Part shown: piece after piece, positions 35,738 through 44,676 of the stretch
Layout: every line of letters begins with the position of its first letter
How positions within the stretch are numbered: position 1 is the stretch's first letter
Source of the DNA: Poseidonia sp.
GTDB lineage: Archaea; Thermoplasmatota; Poseidoniia; Poseidoniales; Poseidoniaceae
NCBI GenBank assembly: GCA_965661285.1
Contig: CBFIDD010000003.1
Location: 160,001-224,000 of the forward strand
Direction of reading: 5' to 3'
DNA: 64,000 bases
Notes under the pieces: generated by a model
What the model was told of the DNA's origin: nothing
Database searches by the model: none
Seen by the model: only the letters and a program-made list of their open reading frames with translations
Made by a program: the position numbers and the translations under genes

Positions 35738-36780
35738 GCCTCTGAGTACTTGTCATCGAGATAAGTTTGGATGCCAGGGACGTGTTGAATCAGGCCACCG
35801 TACGAACCGAGATGGGTTTGGGCGTCCGTTTCGATGAGACCGGGGGTGTTGAGGATGTTCTCCAACATGGATTTCCCGTCATCGGTGGCGTTCAAATCAA
35901 GCAGCGCAGCGACGATGAGGTCTCGAGTTGCATCGTCCACAGTATTGGGCTGATACATCAACGGATGAGAGGGCGCCAGACCAAAAGCAGGGAGCGGCAC
36001 GTAGCGGTCGCGGTCAAGGCACCACGATGCTCGCTCTGCATCATCCTCGGCGCAATAGGAATCCACGGTTGAATCCTTGGCGAAGGCCACGGCGCCCTCA
36101 CCTTCGCTGAGACAGCGCAGGGCTCCGGAATAACCGTAGTACAAGGCGCCAGATTCAGGGATGGAAGCGTCCTCTGAAAAATGATTGAAGATGGTGTTTC
36201 TCAACGACTCAATGTCCTCTTCGTCGCCAACAACTTCGGCATAGCCTTGGCCGATAAAGTAGCCCATGGGAATGAGCATGCCGGCGGATTTGAGCCAGCC
36301 CGTGTGGCATGAGGCTTGACCGGCGAGCTCAGCAAACGGATCGGTGCTTTCGTCATCATCGAGGGCTGCTTGACCTGCTGCGCTGTCGTTGAGCACCCAT
36401 GCATGAGCGCTGTAGTGGGTGCGGCCGTCGCTCTTCATGTCGGCCGCCATGGCTTCCAAACCGTAGGATTGCCAACCCATCCAAGCGGCTCCACCGTCAA
36501 GGAACGCCATGTCGGCGCTTCCAAACCTGAGAGCTTCGAGGGCGAGATTGTCGGACGTGATGGGATAAAGTTCGATGTTCAGTCCAGTCACTTCGCTGAG
36601 GTGGTCTGCGAGTTTCTGCGGATTTTCATCAAAAGAGGCATAGTCGTCCTTGACCGAGAACGCAATGCGAAGGGTGTCGTCGTCCTCACCACCTCCGATA
36701 CAACCGCTCAAGCAAGCCGTCATCATGACCAAAACAACCAGACTGCAAGCGATTCTGTTGTTATTAATTCGCGCAAACAC
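35734..36780 (-). CDS. Lipoprotein solute-binding protein, PhnD superfamily, resembling a single transferrin lobe
   Basis: GTG start at 36780 behind GGAGGTGA; lipobox LSGC; transferrin-like motifs ADMAFLDGG, THYSAHAWV, SCHTGWLKSAGMLIPMG, YYGYSGALRCLSEGEGAVAFAK, APSH. Confidence 0.9.
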   Translation of the reverse strand: MFARINNNRIACSLVVLVMMTACLSGCIGGGEDDDTLRIAFSVKDDYASFDENPQKLADHLSEVTGLNIELYPITSDNLALEALRFGSADMAFLDGGAAWMGWQSYGLEAMAADMKSDGRTHYSAHAWVLNDSAAGQAALDDDESTDPFAELAGQASCHTGWLKSAGMLIPMGYFIGQGYAEVVGDEEDIESLRNTIFNHFSEDASIPESGALYYGYSGALRCLSEGEGAVAFAKDSTVDSYCAEDDAERASWCLDRDRYVPLPAFGLAPSHPLMYQPNTVDDATRDLIVAALLDLNATDDGKSMLENILNTPGLIETDAQTHLGSYGGLIQHVPGIQTYLDDKYSEA

Positions 36781-36785
36781 AACAG

Positions 36786-36793
36786 TCACCTCC
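36786..36793 (-). promoter_or_regulatory. Shine-Dalgarno site
   Basis: GGAGGTGA on the minus strand, 5 nt upstream of the GTG at 36780. Confidence 0.8.
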
Positions 36794-36798
36794 ACCGG

Positions 36799-36814
36799 TT
36801 TAGGGCGCCCTAAA
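36799..36814. promoter_or_regulatory. Palindromic operator 1 (DtxR-family-like)
   Basis: Perfect 16-bp palindrome TTTAGGGCGCCCTAAA. Confidence 0.75.
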
Positions 36815-36820
36815 AACAAA

Positions 36821-36830
36821 ATACATATAA
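36821..36830 (-). promoter_or_regulatory. Putative archaeal TATA box of the ABC operon
   Basis: Minus strand reads TTATATGTAT, between the two palindromes, 40-50 nt upstream of the start codon. Confidence 0.65.
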
Positions 36831-36850
36831 TTTTTAGGCTGACCTAAAAA
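36831..36850. promoter_or_regulatory. Palindromic operator 2 (DtxR-family-like)
   Basis: TTTTTAGG-CTGA-CCTAAAAA, 8-bp arms around a 4-bp spacer. Confidence 0.75.
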
Positions 36851-36894
36851 TACGCAATCTTCCGCCACCGCGGCCGTTGGAGATCGGGCTGCGG

Positions 36895-36970
36895 TGGTAG
36901 TCCCTCCCGGATTCGAACCGAGGTCGGAGGAACCAGAATCCTCCATGATGGACCGCTACACTAAGGGACT
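36895..36970 (-). tRNA. tRNA-Gln(CTG), CCA encoded
   Basis: AGTCCCT/AGGGACT acceptor stem, anticodon arm GAGGA-TTCTGGT-TCCTC, T loop TTCGAAT, ends ACCA; A1-U72 is typical of archaeal tRNA-Gln. Confidence 0.95.
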
Positions 36971-37022
36971 GTGGTCGTGCGAAAGCCGTCGCCTTCTTCA
37001 ATTCAGCGGTCTGAAAAGCGAC

Positions 37023-37217
37023 CTAGACGGTGGCGAATCGAAACATCACTTTGGAGACCCAGGACAACATCATGATGATCATGAACGAAGCCAGAGCGTA
37101 CTTCGCCCACGGCCGAGCAGGTTTGGTCTCGGGCCACAAATCCACGCCCATGGCTTCGGCTTGGGCGACCAATTCGGCCAACTCGGCCAGGTGTTCCTCC
37201 ACCGAGTCGTGAGTCAT
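37023..37217 (-). CDS. Small single-TM protein
   Basis: 64 aa, acidic helix followed by a TM segment; fills the gap between the tRNA and the next gene. Confidence 0.65.
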   Translation of the reverse strand: MTHDSVEEHLAELAELVAQAEAMGVDLWPETKPARPWAKYALASFMIIMMLSWVSKVMFRFATV

Positions 37218-37317
37218 GACTTACGGTCCATTCCCGCTTTATTTGAATCCGCCGCAATGCCGCGCCCCGTACATCGCCTTCACAAGGCTTTGAAAGGGCG
37301 ACGGTGAAGGCCGGAGT

Positions 37318-38826
37318 ATGAGTGAAGTCCCTGAGGGTTTGGACATGTCCGCTCGAACCCGAGGGGCGCCGCGCCCGACCGCGACCATGACACTGACTCG
37401 GGACGGGCCCGACGGTGTGGAGGTGCTCCTGGGGCTTCGAGCCAAAACCATGCGAGCCTTTCCCAACTACTGGGCGTTTCCCGGAGGCGGTGTTTCATCG
37501 GTTGACCGCGCCGCCGTCGAAGCCTTGCCTGCGCTTCACGGGCCTGAAGCGGAATCCATTGCGTGCATCCTTCGAGAAATGAGTGAAGAACTCGGTTTGG
37601 TTCCTACCGGCGAAGGCGTGGAGGCGATGGAGGACGCAGCACGTCGTGCGGTCATCGAGGACAAAAAGGCGTGGCTTCCCCTCGCCCTCAACGGCGCCTT
37701 TCCCGTTCAGCGGGCCCAAATTCGAACCCTTAGCCACCGAATCACACCACCCTTTGGCCCGGTGCAATTTGACAACGCCTTCCTCCATCTTCACCTCGGT
37801 GATTGGAGGGGCGTTCCTGAAATCGATTTGGAGCCTCAAACCGAATTTACCGAAGTCATGTGGGCCAAACCCCTCGATATTCTCGCTCGTTGGAAAAACC
37901 ACGAAATCAAGGTCGCTCCGCCGGTGGTCACCCTGCTGATGGAAATTGAGCGAACGCTGGACCGGTTCGAGCGAAACATGGACCAAGCCGCAGTGGACAT
38001 CGCAGAACGTCTGCCAGGCCGCCGCTCAATTCTCTTTGCTCATGGCGTGGAAGTTGTGCCCATCAAAACCGCCACACTTCCGCCTGCTGACCACACCAAT
38101 TGCTACCTCGTGGGCGACCCGGAAGGCGATTTTGTCTTGGTCGACCCCGCCGTTCGCATGCGAGAGGATATGGAAGCCCTCGCCACAGCGGTTGAACGCC
38201 ATCGTGGGACGCTCGTCGCCGTCGTGTTTACACACAGTCATTCCGACCACCTGGCGGATATGTCGCTGCTGAGAGAAGCGTTTGATGTTCCGCTGTGGGG
38301 AAGTGAATACACCGCCCGCTCCGTGCCCTGCGATCGTATTCTCATCGACGGCGAAGTGCTGAGGCTCGGCAGCCAATCATGGACGGTGCTCATCACGCCC
38401 GGCCACCATCCAGGGCACGTTTGTTTGTTCAGCGATGCTGGCCTGGTGGCAGGGGACATGGTTGCGGGCATCGGCACCATCCTCATCCCGCCCGGTACTG
38501 GCAACATGAACCACTACATTGAGCAACTCGAGCGACTCCGTGCGCTCAAACCGCACCTTGTTTTTCCCAGCCACGGCCCAGTGGTAGCCGTTCCCGACCG
38601 CTTGATCGAGCACTACATCACCCACCGGCTGGCGCGCCATCAGCGTGTGCTTGACGCCGTGCTGGGCGGTGCAAGCAGCCTTGATGATATCGCCGTTCAG
38701 GCCTACAGCGACACGCCTGACGCCCACCCCGGACTTGCAGTTGACCAGACGCTCTCACATCTTCTGGCCCACGAAGAAGACGGTAGGGTCAAACGCCATG
38801 AAGCGGGTTGGACCACGGAGGGATGA
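37318..38826 (+). CDS. Nudix hydrolase + metallo-beta-lactamase (LACTB2-like) fusion
   Basis: FPGG...LREMSEELG Nudix box; THSHSDH, TPGHHPGH, GD and PSHG MBL motifs; C-terminal winged-helix-like segment. Confidence 0.9.
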   Translation: MSEVPEGLDMSARTRGAPRPTATMTLTRDGPDGVEVLLGLRAKTMRAFPNYWAFPGGGVSSVDRAAVEALPALHGPEAESIACILREMSEELGLVPTGEGVEAMEDAARRAVIEDKKAWLPLALNGAFPVQRAQIRTLSHRITPPFGPVQFDNAFLHLHLGDWRGVPEIDLEPQTEFTEVMWAKPLDILARWKNHEIKVAPPVVTLLMEIERTLDRFERNMDQAAVDIAERLPGRRSILFAHGVEVVPIKTATLPPADHTNCYLVGDPEGDFVLVDPAVRMREDMEALATAVERHRGTLVAVVFTHSHSDHLADMSLLREAFDVPLWGSEYTARSVPCDRILIDGEVLRLGSQSWTVLITPGHHPGHVCLFSDAGLVAGDMVAGIGTILIPPGTGNMNHYIEQLERLRALKPHLVFPSHGPVVAVPDRLIEHYITHRLARHQRVLDAVLGGASSLDDIAVQAYSDTPDAHPGLAVDQTLSHLLAHEEDGRVKRHEAGWTTEG

Positions 38827-39869
38827 TGATGGGCAAGCGCGTGGTCATCACCAAAGCCGGGGGCGTCAACGCCATCACCACTCAACCCATGAAACCGCCA
38901 ACACCGGGCAATGGGGAAGTGAGGATCAAAGTGGCTTACGCCGGCATCAATTTTGCCGATTTGCTCATGCGCATGGGGTTCTACCAACCCCGCCCTCCCT
39001 TCCCGTTCACCCCCGGTTACGAAGTGAGCGGCGTCATTGACGAACTCGGTGAAGGTGTTTCCGAGTTTGAGGTCGGCCAGCGCGTGGTGGCTGCCATGCG
39101 AAACGGAGGCCAAGCCAGTTTTGTGGTATCGTCGCTCGAGCGCGTCATTCCCCTTCCCGACGACATCTCACTCCAAGCAGCCGCCTCAACGCCGGTCACG
39201 TACATGACCGCCCATCACATGCTCCACCACCTCGGCCACCTGAGGCCCGAAGACAAGGTCCTCGTTCACGGTGGTGCAGGAGGCGTTGGCACAGCGGCCT
39301 TGCAGCTGTGCAAATGGGCAGGCGTCAAGCAGGTATGGGCCACCTCCTCAAAATCAAAACACCACATCATTGAGGCGTACGGCGCTCAACCCATTGACCG
39401 GCACAACCAAGATTTTGTTTCCATCATCAAAGGCGACACAGATGGAACTGGGGTCGACCATGTGCTCGACCCGATTGGCGGCGACAACTTGCGACGCAGC
39501 CTTTCTTGCCTTGCCGAGGGAGGACGCCTCTACACCTACGGCTTGTCAGCGGCTGCACCGTCAGGAAAACGCTCGCTGTTGAAGGCCTTCTTCGCTTTGC
39601 GAAAAACACCGAAATTCGACGCCCTCCGCCTGATGACGAGGAACCGTGCCGTGTTCGGTGTCCACATGGGTACATGGTCGAACGAAGCCGTGATGCAATC
39701 CCAACTTACTCGCATCGTTGAAGGCATTCAAACCGGTCACCTGGAACCCATCGTCGACCGTGTATTTGCCGCCGAACACGTGCGAGATGCCCACCAGTAC
39801 ATCCACGATGCCAAGAACATCGGAAAGGTCTTGCTCAAATTTGAAGACGTCGGCGAAGAGGATGCGTGA
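38823..39869 (+). CDS. Medium-chain dehydrogenase/reductase (VAT-1/quinone oxidoreductase-like)
   Basis: GINFAD, PGYEVSG, HGGAGGVG, NIGKVLL. Confidence 0.9.
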   Translation: MMMGKRVVITKAGGVNAITTQPMKPPTPGNGEVRIKVAYAGINFADLLMRMGFYQPRPPFPFTPGYEVSGVIDELGEGVSEFEVGQRVVAAMRNGGQASFVVSSLERVIPLPDDISLQAAASTPVTYMTAHHMLHHLGHLRPEDKVLVHGGAGGVGTAALQLCKWAGVKQVWATSSKSKHHIIEAYGAQPIDRHNQDFVSIIKGDTDGTGVDHVLDPIGGDNLRRSLSCLAEGGRLYTYGLSAAAPSGKRSLLKAFFALRKTPKFDALRLMTRNRAVFGVHMGTWSNEAVMQSQLTRIVEGIQTGHLEPIVDRVFAAEHVRDAHQYIHDAKNIGKVLLKFEDVGEEDA

Positions 39870-39929
39870 GTCAAACGGGTCTGAAACCTTCTTCACACCT
39901 CGCCCCTTGGAAACGACGAAGGTGAACGG

Positions 39930-42089
39930 ATGAAGAAGGCGATGTCCGGTTTTGACCTTCGCGTCATGGCACGCGAACTGGACGCACTGAAAGGCGCCTA
40001 TGTCAAAAAAGCCTACATGCCGCACTACGAACAAATCGTGCTTCGCGTGAATCCGAAAGAAGCCGACCAACGGGACATCGTGTTCGTCCGGGGCGCCCGC
40101 ATCTACACCGCACAACGAGACCGTCCGATGCCCATGACCCCTCCACCGTTTGCGATGGTGCTTCGAAAACATCTGCGAAACGCCCGATTAACCGGCGTTC
40201 AGCAGGTTGGTTTTGACCGTGTACTGGCGTTTTCATTCGACACAAAAAACGGGCAACGAACGCTGTACGTCGAGGTGTTCCGAGATGGAAACATCATCCT
40301 GGTGGACGAAGGAGGTGTCATCATTCAACCCTTAACCCACGCTTCGTATGCCGGTCGCACCCTCAAGAAGGGGGTTGAATACTCGCCTCCACCGCCTGCG
40401 ATGGACCCGTACCAACTGGATGAAGAAGCCCTCAAGCGGTTGTTGGAAGCATCGGACAGAGACCTGGTTTCCACCCTGGGTGGGAAGGTCAACCTCGGAG
40501 CAACCCATGCCAACGCCGTCTGTGCAGTGGCCAAGCACGAACCGAATTCTCCCCCACAAGAAGCGGACGCCGCAGCGGTTTACGAGGCACTGCATCTCTT
40601 GCTGACCCAACTCGACGAGAGCCAGCTCGGCCACGTCGTGCTGAAACTCCAAGAGGACGACGCAGAGGATTGGAAGAGCCATTACGATGGCCTCCCGGCC
40701 GGAGATCAACAGGTATGGTTGGAGAAACGGGCGGTGGAAGTCACCCCGATTTTACTGCCACAACACGCCGATATGGCACAGGTAAGTTTTGATTCACTTT
40801 GCGAAGCCATCGATGCTTGGAAAGGCGTTCATGACGCTCATGCCCTCCAGCGGCGAGAGGAAGAGCGGTTTGAACAAGCAGGACCGGGACGAGGCCAATC
40901 CACCGAGGTTGAGCGTTTGGAGCGACGGAAAGCGCAACAAGAAAAGGCGCTGTCCGGTTTTGCTGTCAAAATTGAGAAGCAACAGCGTCTGGGCCACCTT
41001 ATCCAAGAGCATTGGGGGCACGTTGAAGGCTTGCTTGAACAAACCAAAGAAGCCGTGGAGCGAGACGGATGGAGTGCGGTTCGAAAGGCCATCAAAGCCA
41101 TTCCGTGGATCCTCAGTGCATCCCCCGCAGAGCGGACCATCACCGCGGTTCTTCCCGATGACGAAGGGGAAGCGAAGGGGCCACAGGTGGTGCTCGAACT
41201 CGACGCATCCGTTCATCAAAACGCTCAGCGCTATTTCGAATCCGCGCGCAAGCAGAAAAACAAGACATCGGGGGCCGTTCAAGCCCTGGAGGAGACGGAA
41301 CGGAAGCTCAAACGAGCCCGTAAAAATGAGGCGAAGCAGAAGGCCAGTGGCAAACTCAACCGATTGAAACGGAGCAAACGCATGTGGTTCGAGCAACACC
41401 GCTGGGGCATGGTCGAGGGAGGTCACCTCATTGTGGGCGGGAAGGATGCCAAGGGGAATGACGCCGTGGTGAAGAAACACCTGTCCGGGGAGGACATGTA
41501 CCTTCACGCCGACCTTCACGGAGCGCCGTCTTGCAGTTTACGAGCAAGCCAGGGTTTTGCGCTTGAGGAGCGCCGACCATCGCACCTTCCCAGCGACATT
41601 CCTGCCTTCCGTTTGGTCGACAAATTGGAAACGCCGCACATCGACGAGGGCAAACTCCAGCAGGCCGCCGTTCTGGCGCTCTCTTGGAGTCGTGCATGGA
41701 ACGGAGGGGGCGCCCATGGCACGGTCTATAGCGTCAAACCGGCGCAGGTTTCCAAATCTGCTCAGACGGGTGAATTCGTCGGCAAAGGAGCCTTTGTCAT
41801 CCGAGGCCAGCGCACATGGTACAAGGACATGGATGTCCGCATCGGCATCGGCATCATCGCCGTGAACGGCGTACCCATGGTGGTCACGGGTACGCCCGAA
41901 CACATTCAGAACATGTGTCCTCGCTACGCCGTTTTGACGCCGGGTATGACGAAAAAAGACCAGTTGGCCAACAAGATTTACCGCAATACAGGCCTTTCAA
42001 CCGACGACCTTCTGGCCGTTCTTCCCGGAGCCTGTGATGTGATTGAGGAACACGGTATGCTCACACCTCCTTCTTCGGAAGAGGAATGA
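39930..42089 (+). CDS. rqcH: Ribosome quality control protein Rqc2/RqcH (NFACT/NEMF family)
   Basis: FAMVLRKHL, FDRV, GNIIL, NAQRYF, WFEQHRW, GGKDAKGND, LHADLHGA, QVSKSAQTGEFVGKGAFVIRG. Confidence 0.93.
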   Translation: MKKAMSGFDLRVMARELDALKGAYVKKAYMPHYEQIVLRVNPKEADQRDIVFVRGARIYTAQRDRPMPMTPPPFAMVLRKHLRNARLTGVQQVGFDRVLAFSFDTKNGQRTLYVEVFRDGNIILVDEGGVIIQPLTHASYAGRTLKKGVEYSPPPPAMDPYQLDEEALKRLLEASDRDLVSTLGGKVNLGATHANAVCAVAKHEPNSPPQEADAAAVYEALHLLLTQLDESQLGHVVLKLQEDDAEDWKSHYDGLPAGDQQVWLEKRAVEVTPILLPQHADMAQVSFDSLCEAIDAWKGVHDAHALQRREEERFEQAGPGRGQSTEVERLERRKAQQEKALSGFAVKIEKQQRLGHLIQEHWGHVEGLLEQTKEAVERDGWSAVRKAIKAIPWILSASPAERTITAVLPDDEGEAKGPQVVLELDASVHQNAQRYFESARKQKNKTSGAVQALEETERKLKRARKNEAKQKASGKLNRLKRSKRMWFEQHRWGMVEGGHLIVGGKDAKGNDAVVKKHLSGEDMYLHADLHGAPSCSLRASQGFALEERRPSHLPSDIPAFRLVDKLETPHIDEGKLQQAAVLALSWSRAWNGGGAHGTVYSVKPAQVSKSAQTGEFVGKGAFVIRGQRTWYKDMDVRIGIGIIAVNGVPMVVTGTPEHIQNMCPRYAVLTPGMTKKDQLANKIYRNTGLSTDDLLAVLPGACDVIEEHGMLTPPSSEEE

Positions 42090-42144
42090 AGGGGCAGGGA
42101 CAACCGACCCATGCCTTCATGACATCACCCGGCGTGGGGACTTC

Positions 42145-42471
42145 ATGCGATTTTACCACAACCCTCGATGTTCAAAATCCAGGCAAGCCCTCGCGTTGTT
42201 GGAAGAACACGGGGCTGCGATTGAGATCATCCGCTATCTTGACACGGGCGTCCTCGAAGAAGACCTGCCCGTTCTTGCCCAACTTGACAACATCGTCCGC
42301 AAAAAGGAGGCAGGTGCGGAGGCTCTCGCAAACCTCGACGGACCCGACGACATCGCAGCGTTGTTGCGCATCAACCCCCGAGCGCTCGAGCGCCCCGTTC
42401 TCATCGTTGACGGCAAAGCCGCCATCGGTCGGCCTCCGGAGAACGTTCTGGAACTTCTCAAGCGCCAGTAA
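42145..42471 (+). CDS. ArsC family (glutaredoxin-type) arsenate reductase-like protein
   Basis: YHNPRCSKSR, LERP, IGRPPENV. Confidence 0.9.
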   Translation: MRFYHNPRCSKSRQALALLEEHGAAIEIIRYLDTGVLEEDLPVLAQLDNIVRKKEAGAEALANLDGPDDIAALLRINPRALERPVLIVDGKAAIGRPPENVLELLKRQ

Positions 42472-42478
42472 GACGGCT

Positions 42479-43672
42479 CTATGGACGGCGCACGTACATG
42501 GCCACGGCGTTGCCGCCTCCCAAGCACAACGTGACGATACCCGAGGTGGCCTCCAGACGTCGCATGACGCCCAGCATCGTGATGAGGCAGCGTGTTCCAC
42601 TGGCCCCGAGCGGGTGACCCAAACTCACGGCACCCCCGTGAAGATTGAACCGGTCGTCGGGTATGCCAACTTCCTGAGCGACAGCACACGAAGCCGATGC
42701 AAAGGCCTCGTTGTGTTCGTAAACATCAACGTCCAGAACATCCAACCCGTTTCGCTCAAGCAGCGTCTTCACCGCCGGGATGGGAGCACTCATGACGCGA
42801 GCAGGCTCCACACCCGAGGTGCAGTAGTCCTCAATGGTCGCCAAAATCTCCCAGCCTTGGGCCTTCGCGAATTCGGCATCGGCGACCAACACCGCACTCG
42901 CACCGTCGTTGAGGGTGCTGGCGTTGCCTGCGGTGACGGCCCCGTTTTTGTCAAATACAGGGCGGAGCCCGGCAAGCGACTCGGCGGTGGTCGCACCGCG
43001 CACACCTTCGTCGGTGGAAAACACGACAGGGTCACCACGACGTTGAGGGACCTCAACGCTGAACGTCTCCCAGTCGAACCAACCGTTCTCCCAAGCCGTT
43101 GCAGCCCGTTGCTGGCTTCGAGCAGCGAATCCGTCCATGGTGGCGCGGTCGATGTTGCATTCCTTGGCCACCGTTTCACCGGTCGTGCCCATGTGAACGT
43201 CGTTGTAAACATCCCACAAACCGTCGTGAATCATCGAATCGACCAGCGTCGAATTACCCATTTTCGCACCTTTGCGCTGACCCATCAGGAGTTGAGGTGC
43301 GTTGCTCATGCTTTCCATGCCTCCGGCGATGATGGCCTTGTACTCTCCTGCCCGAATGCTGTTGGCGGCCATCATGGCGGCTTTGAGTGAGGACCCACAG
43401 ACCTTGTTCACGGTCACGCAGGGAGTTGAGACAGGAAGCCCCGCTCCCAACGCCACTTGGCGAGCGGGATTTTGACCCGCTCCTGCCTGCAGAACCTGCC
43501 CGAAGATGACCTCGTCGATGATGCCGCTTTCGGGCTTGACGCCGGCCCTTTGAAGGAGTTCGTTCACCGAAAGGATGCCCAAATCCACCGCTCGCATGGA
43601 CGAAAGCGTTCCCATGAATTTCCCAATCGGGGTCCTTGCGACCGCACAGATGACAGCCTTCGGTTGACTCAT
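42479..43672 (-). CDS. Thiolase (acetyl-CoA C-acyltransferase)
   Basis: NKVCGS, NEAFA, GHPLGASG, LCLGGG. Confidence 0.96.
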   Translation of the reverse strand: MSQPKAVICAVARTPIGKFMGTLSSMRAVDLGILSVNELLQRAGVKPESGIIDEVIFGQVLQAGAGQNPARQVALGAGLPVSTPCVTVNKVCGSSLKAAMMAANSIRAGEYKAIIAGGMESMSNAPQLLMGQRKGAKMGNSTLVDSMIHDGLWDVYNDVHMGTTGETVAKECNIDRATMDGFAARSQQRAATAWENGWFDWETFSVEVPQRRGDPVVFSTDEGVRGATTAESLAGLRPVFDKNGAVTAGNASTLNDGASAVLVADAEFAKAQGWEILATIEDYCTSGVEPARVMSAPIPAVKTLLERNGLDVLDVDVYEHNEAFASASCAVAQEVGIPDDRFNLHGGAVSLGHPLGASGTRCLITMLGVMRRLEATSGIVTLCLGGGNAVAMYVRRP

Positions 43673-43764
43673 GGGCAGGGGATATCGGTTCACCCCTTCA
43701 ACCTGACCTCGTCCCATCCTCGCCGTGAGGAAGGGTTGATGAAGACCACGCACTGGCGAGAAAC

Positions 43765-44589
43765 ATGGCGAAATTCAAAACAGAACTCAACCTTCACCGA
43801 GCCAACGATGAGATGCGCACCCCCGAGGTGACCCTGAACTTCACCCCCAACGCGCTCGCTTCGGTACTCTACAAGCAAGGCGATACGGTCATTCTGGCCT
43901 GTTGCACCAAGGAAGCTCGACTCCCCGGATGGTTCCCCAGAGACGCCACCAAAGGCTGGGTGCACGCCGAATACTCGCTTCTCCCAGGCTCCACCGATTC
44001 CCGTTTCCGTCGCGAGCGCCGCGGTGCAAAGGGAAGAACGCAGGAAATCGAACGCCTCATCGCTCGCTCCCTGCGAGCGGCTGTTGACCTCGACGCCCTC
44101 GGACCGATTGCATTGAACGTTGACTGCGACGTCCTGAACGCTGATGGAGGCACCCGATGCGCCTCCATCACGGCGGCCAACATCGCGCTCCGCTTGGCCG
44201 TTCGAAGGCTGATCGCTCAAGGCATCTGTCTGCCCGCCGACCTGCGACCTACCCCCGAACAACGCAAAGAAGGATGGACGCCTCCGACCCTTGATGCACT
44301 CGAGCGAGAGAACCACGAGAACACGGTCATCCCTCACGACCTTGCTGCTGTCTCGGTAGGCCTGCTCAACGGTGAAGTCTACCTCGATTTGGATTACGTG
44401 CTTGATTCAAATGCTGATGTCGATATGAACATCATTAAGACCAGCGACGGAAGGTACGTTGAAGTCCAGGGAACCGGCGAAGAATCCACCTTCTCTGCCG
44501 ATGAATTGTCAGCATTGCTTTCCGGAGCAGACAAGGGACTCGACGCCCTGTTCGCCTTCCAAAAGCAAGCGCTTGACGGTGCGCAATGA
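43765..44589 (+). CDS. rph: Ribonuclease PH, bacterial type
   Basis: GWVHAEYSLLPGST, GRTQEIERLIARSLR, DCDVLNADGGTRCASIT, DLDY..DS.ADVDMN, EVQGTGE. Confidence 0.93.
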   Translation: MAKFKTELNLHRANDEMRTPEVTLNFTPNALASVLYKQGDTVILACCTKEARLPGWFPRDATKGWVHAEYSLLPGSTDSRFRRERRGAKGRTQEIERLIARSLRAAVDLDALGPIALNVDCDVLNADGGTRCASITAANIALRLAVRRLIAQGICLPADLRPTPEQRKEGWTPPTLDALERENHENTVIPHDLAAVSVGLLNGEVYLDLDYVLDSNADVDMNIIKTSDGRYVEVQGTGEESTFSADELSALLSGADKGLDALFAFQKQALDGAQ

Positions 44590-44676
44590 TCCTGAGAAGG
44601 CTCGTTGGGCTCATCTGAGCCGCCAATCGTTCCATCGGAAGGCTTGATATGGCGAGGGCTTTGGCCAACCTTGCAC

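Noticed and set aside
34155-36970. ABC operon as an island integrated at tRNA-Gln
   Set aside because: No integrase and no duplicated tRNA 3' end seen at the far boundary; composition looks like the flanks.
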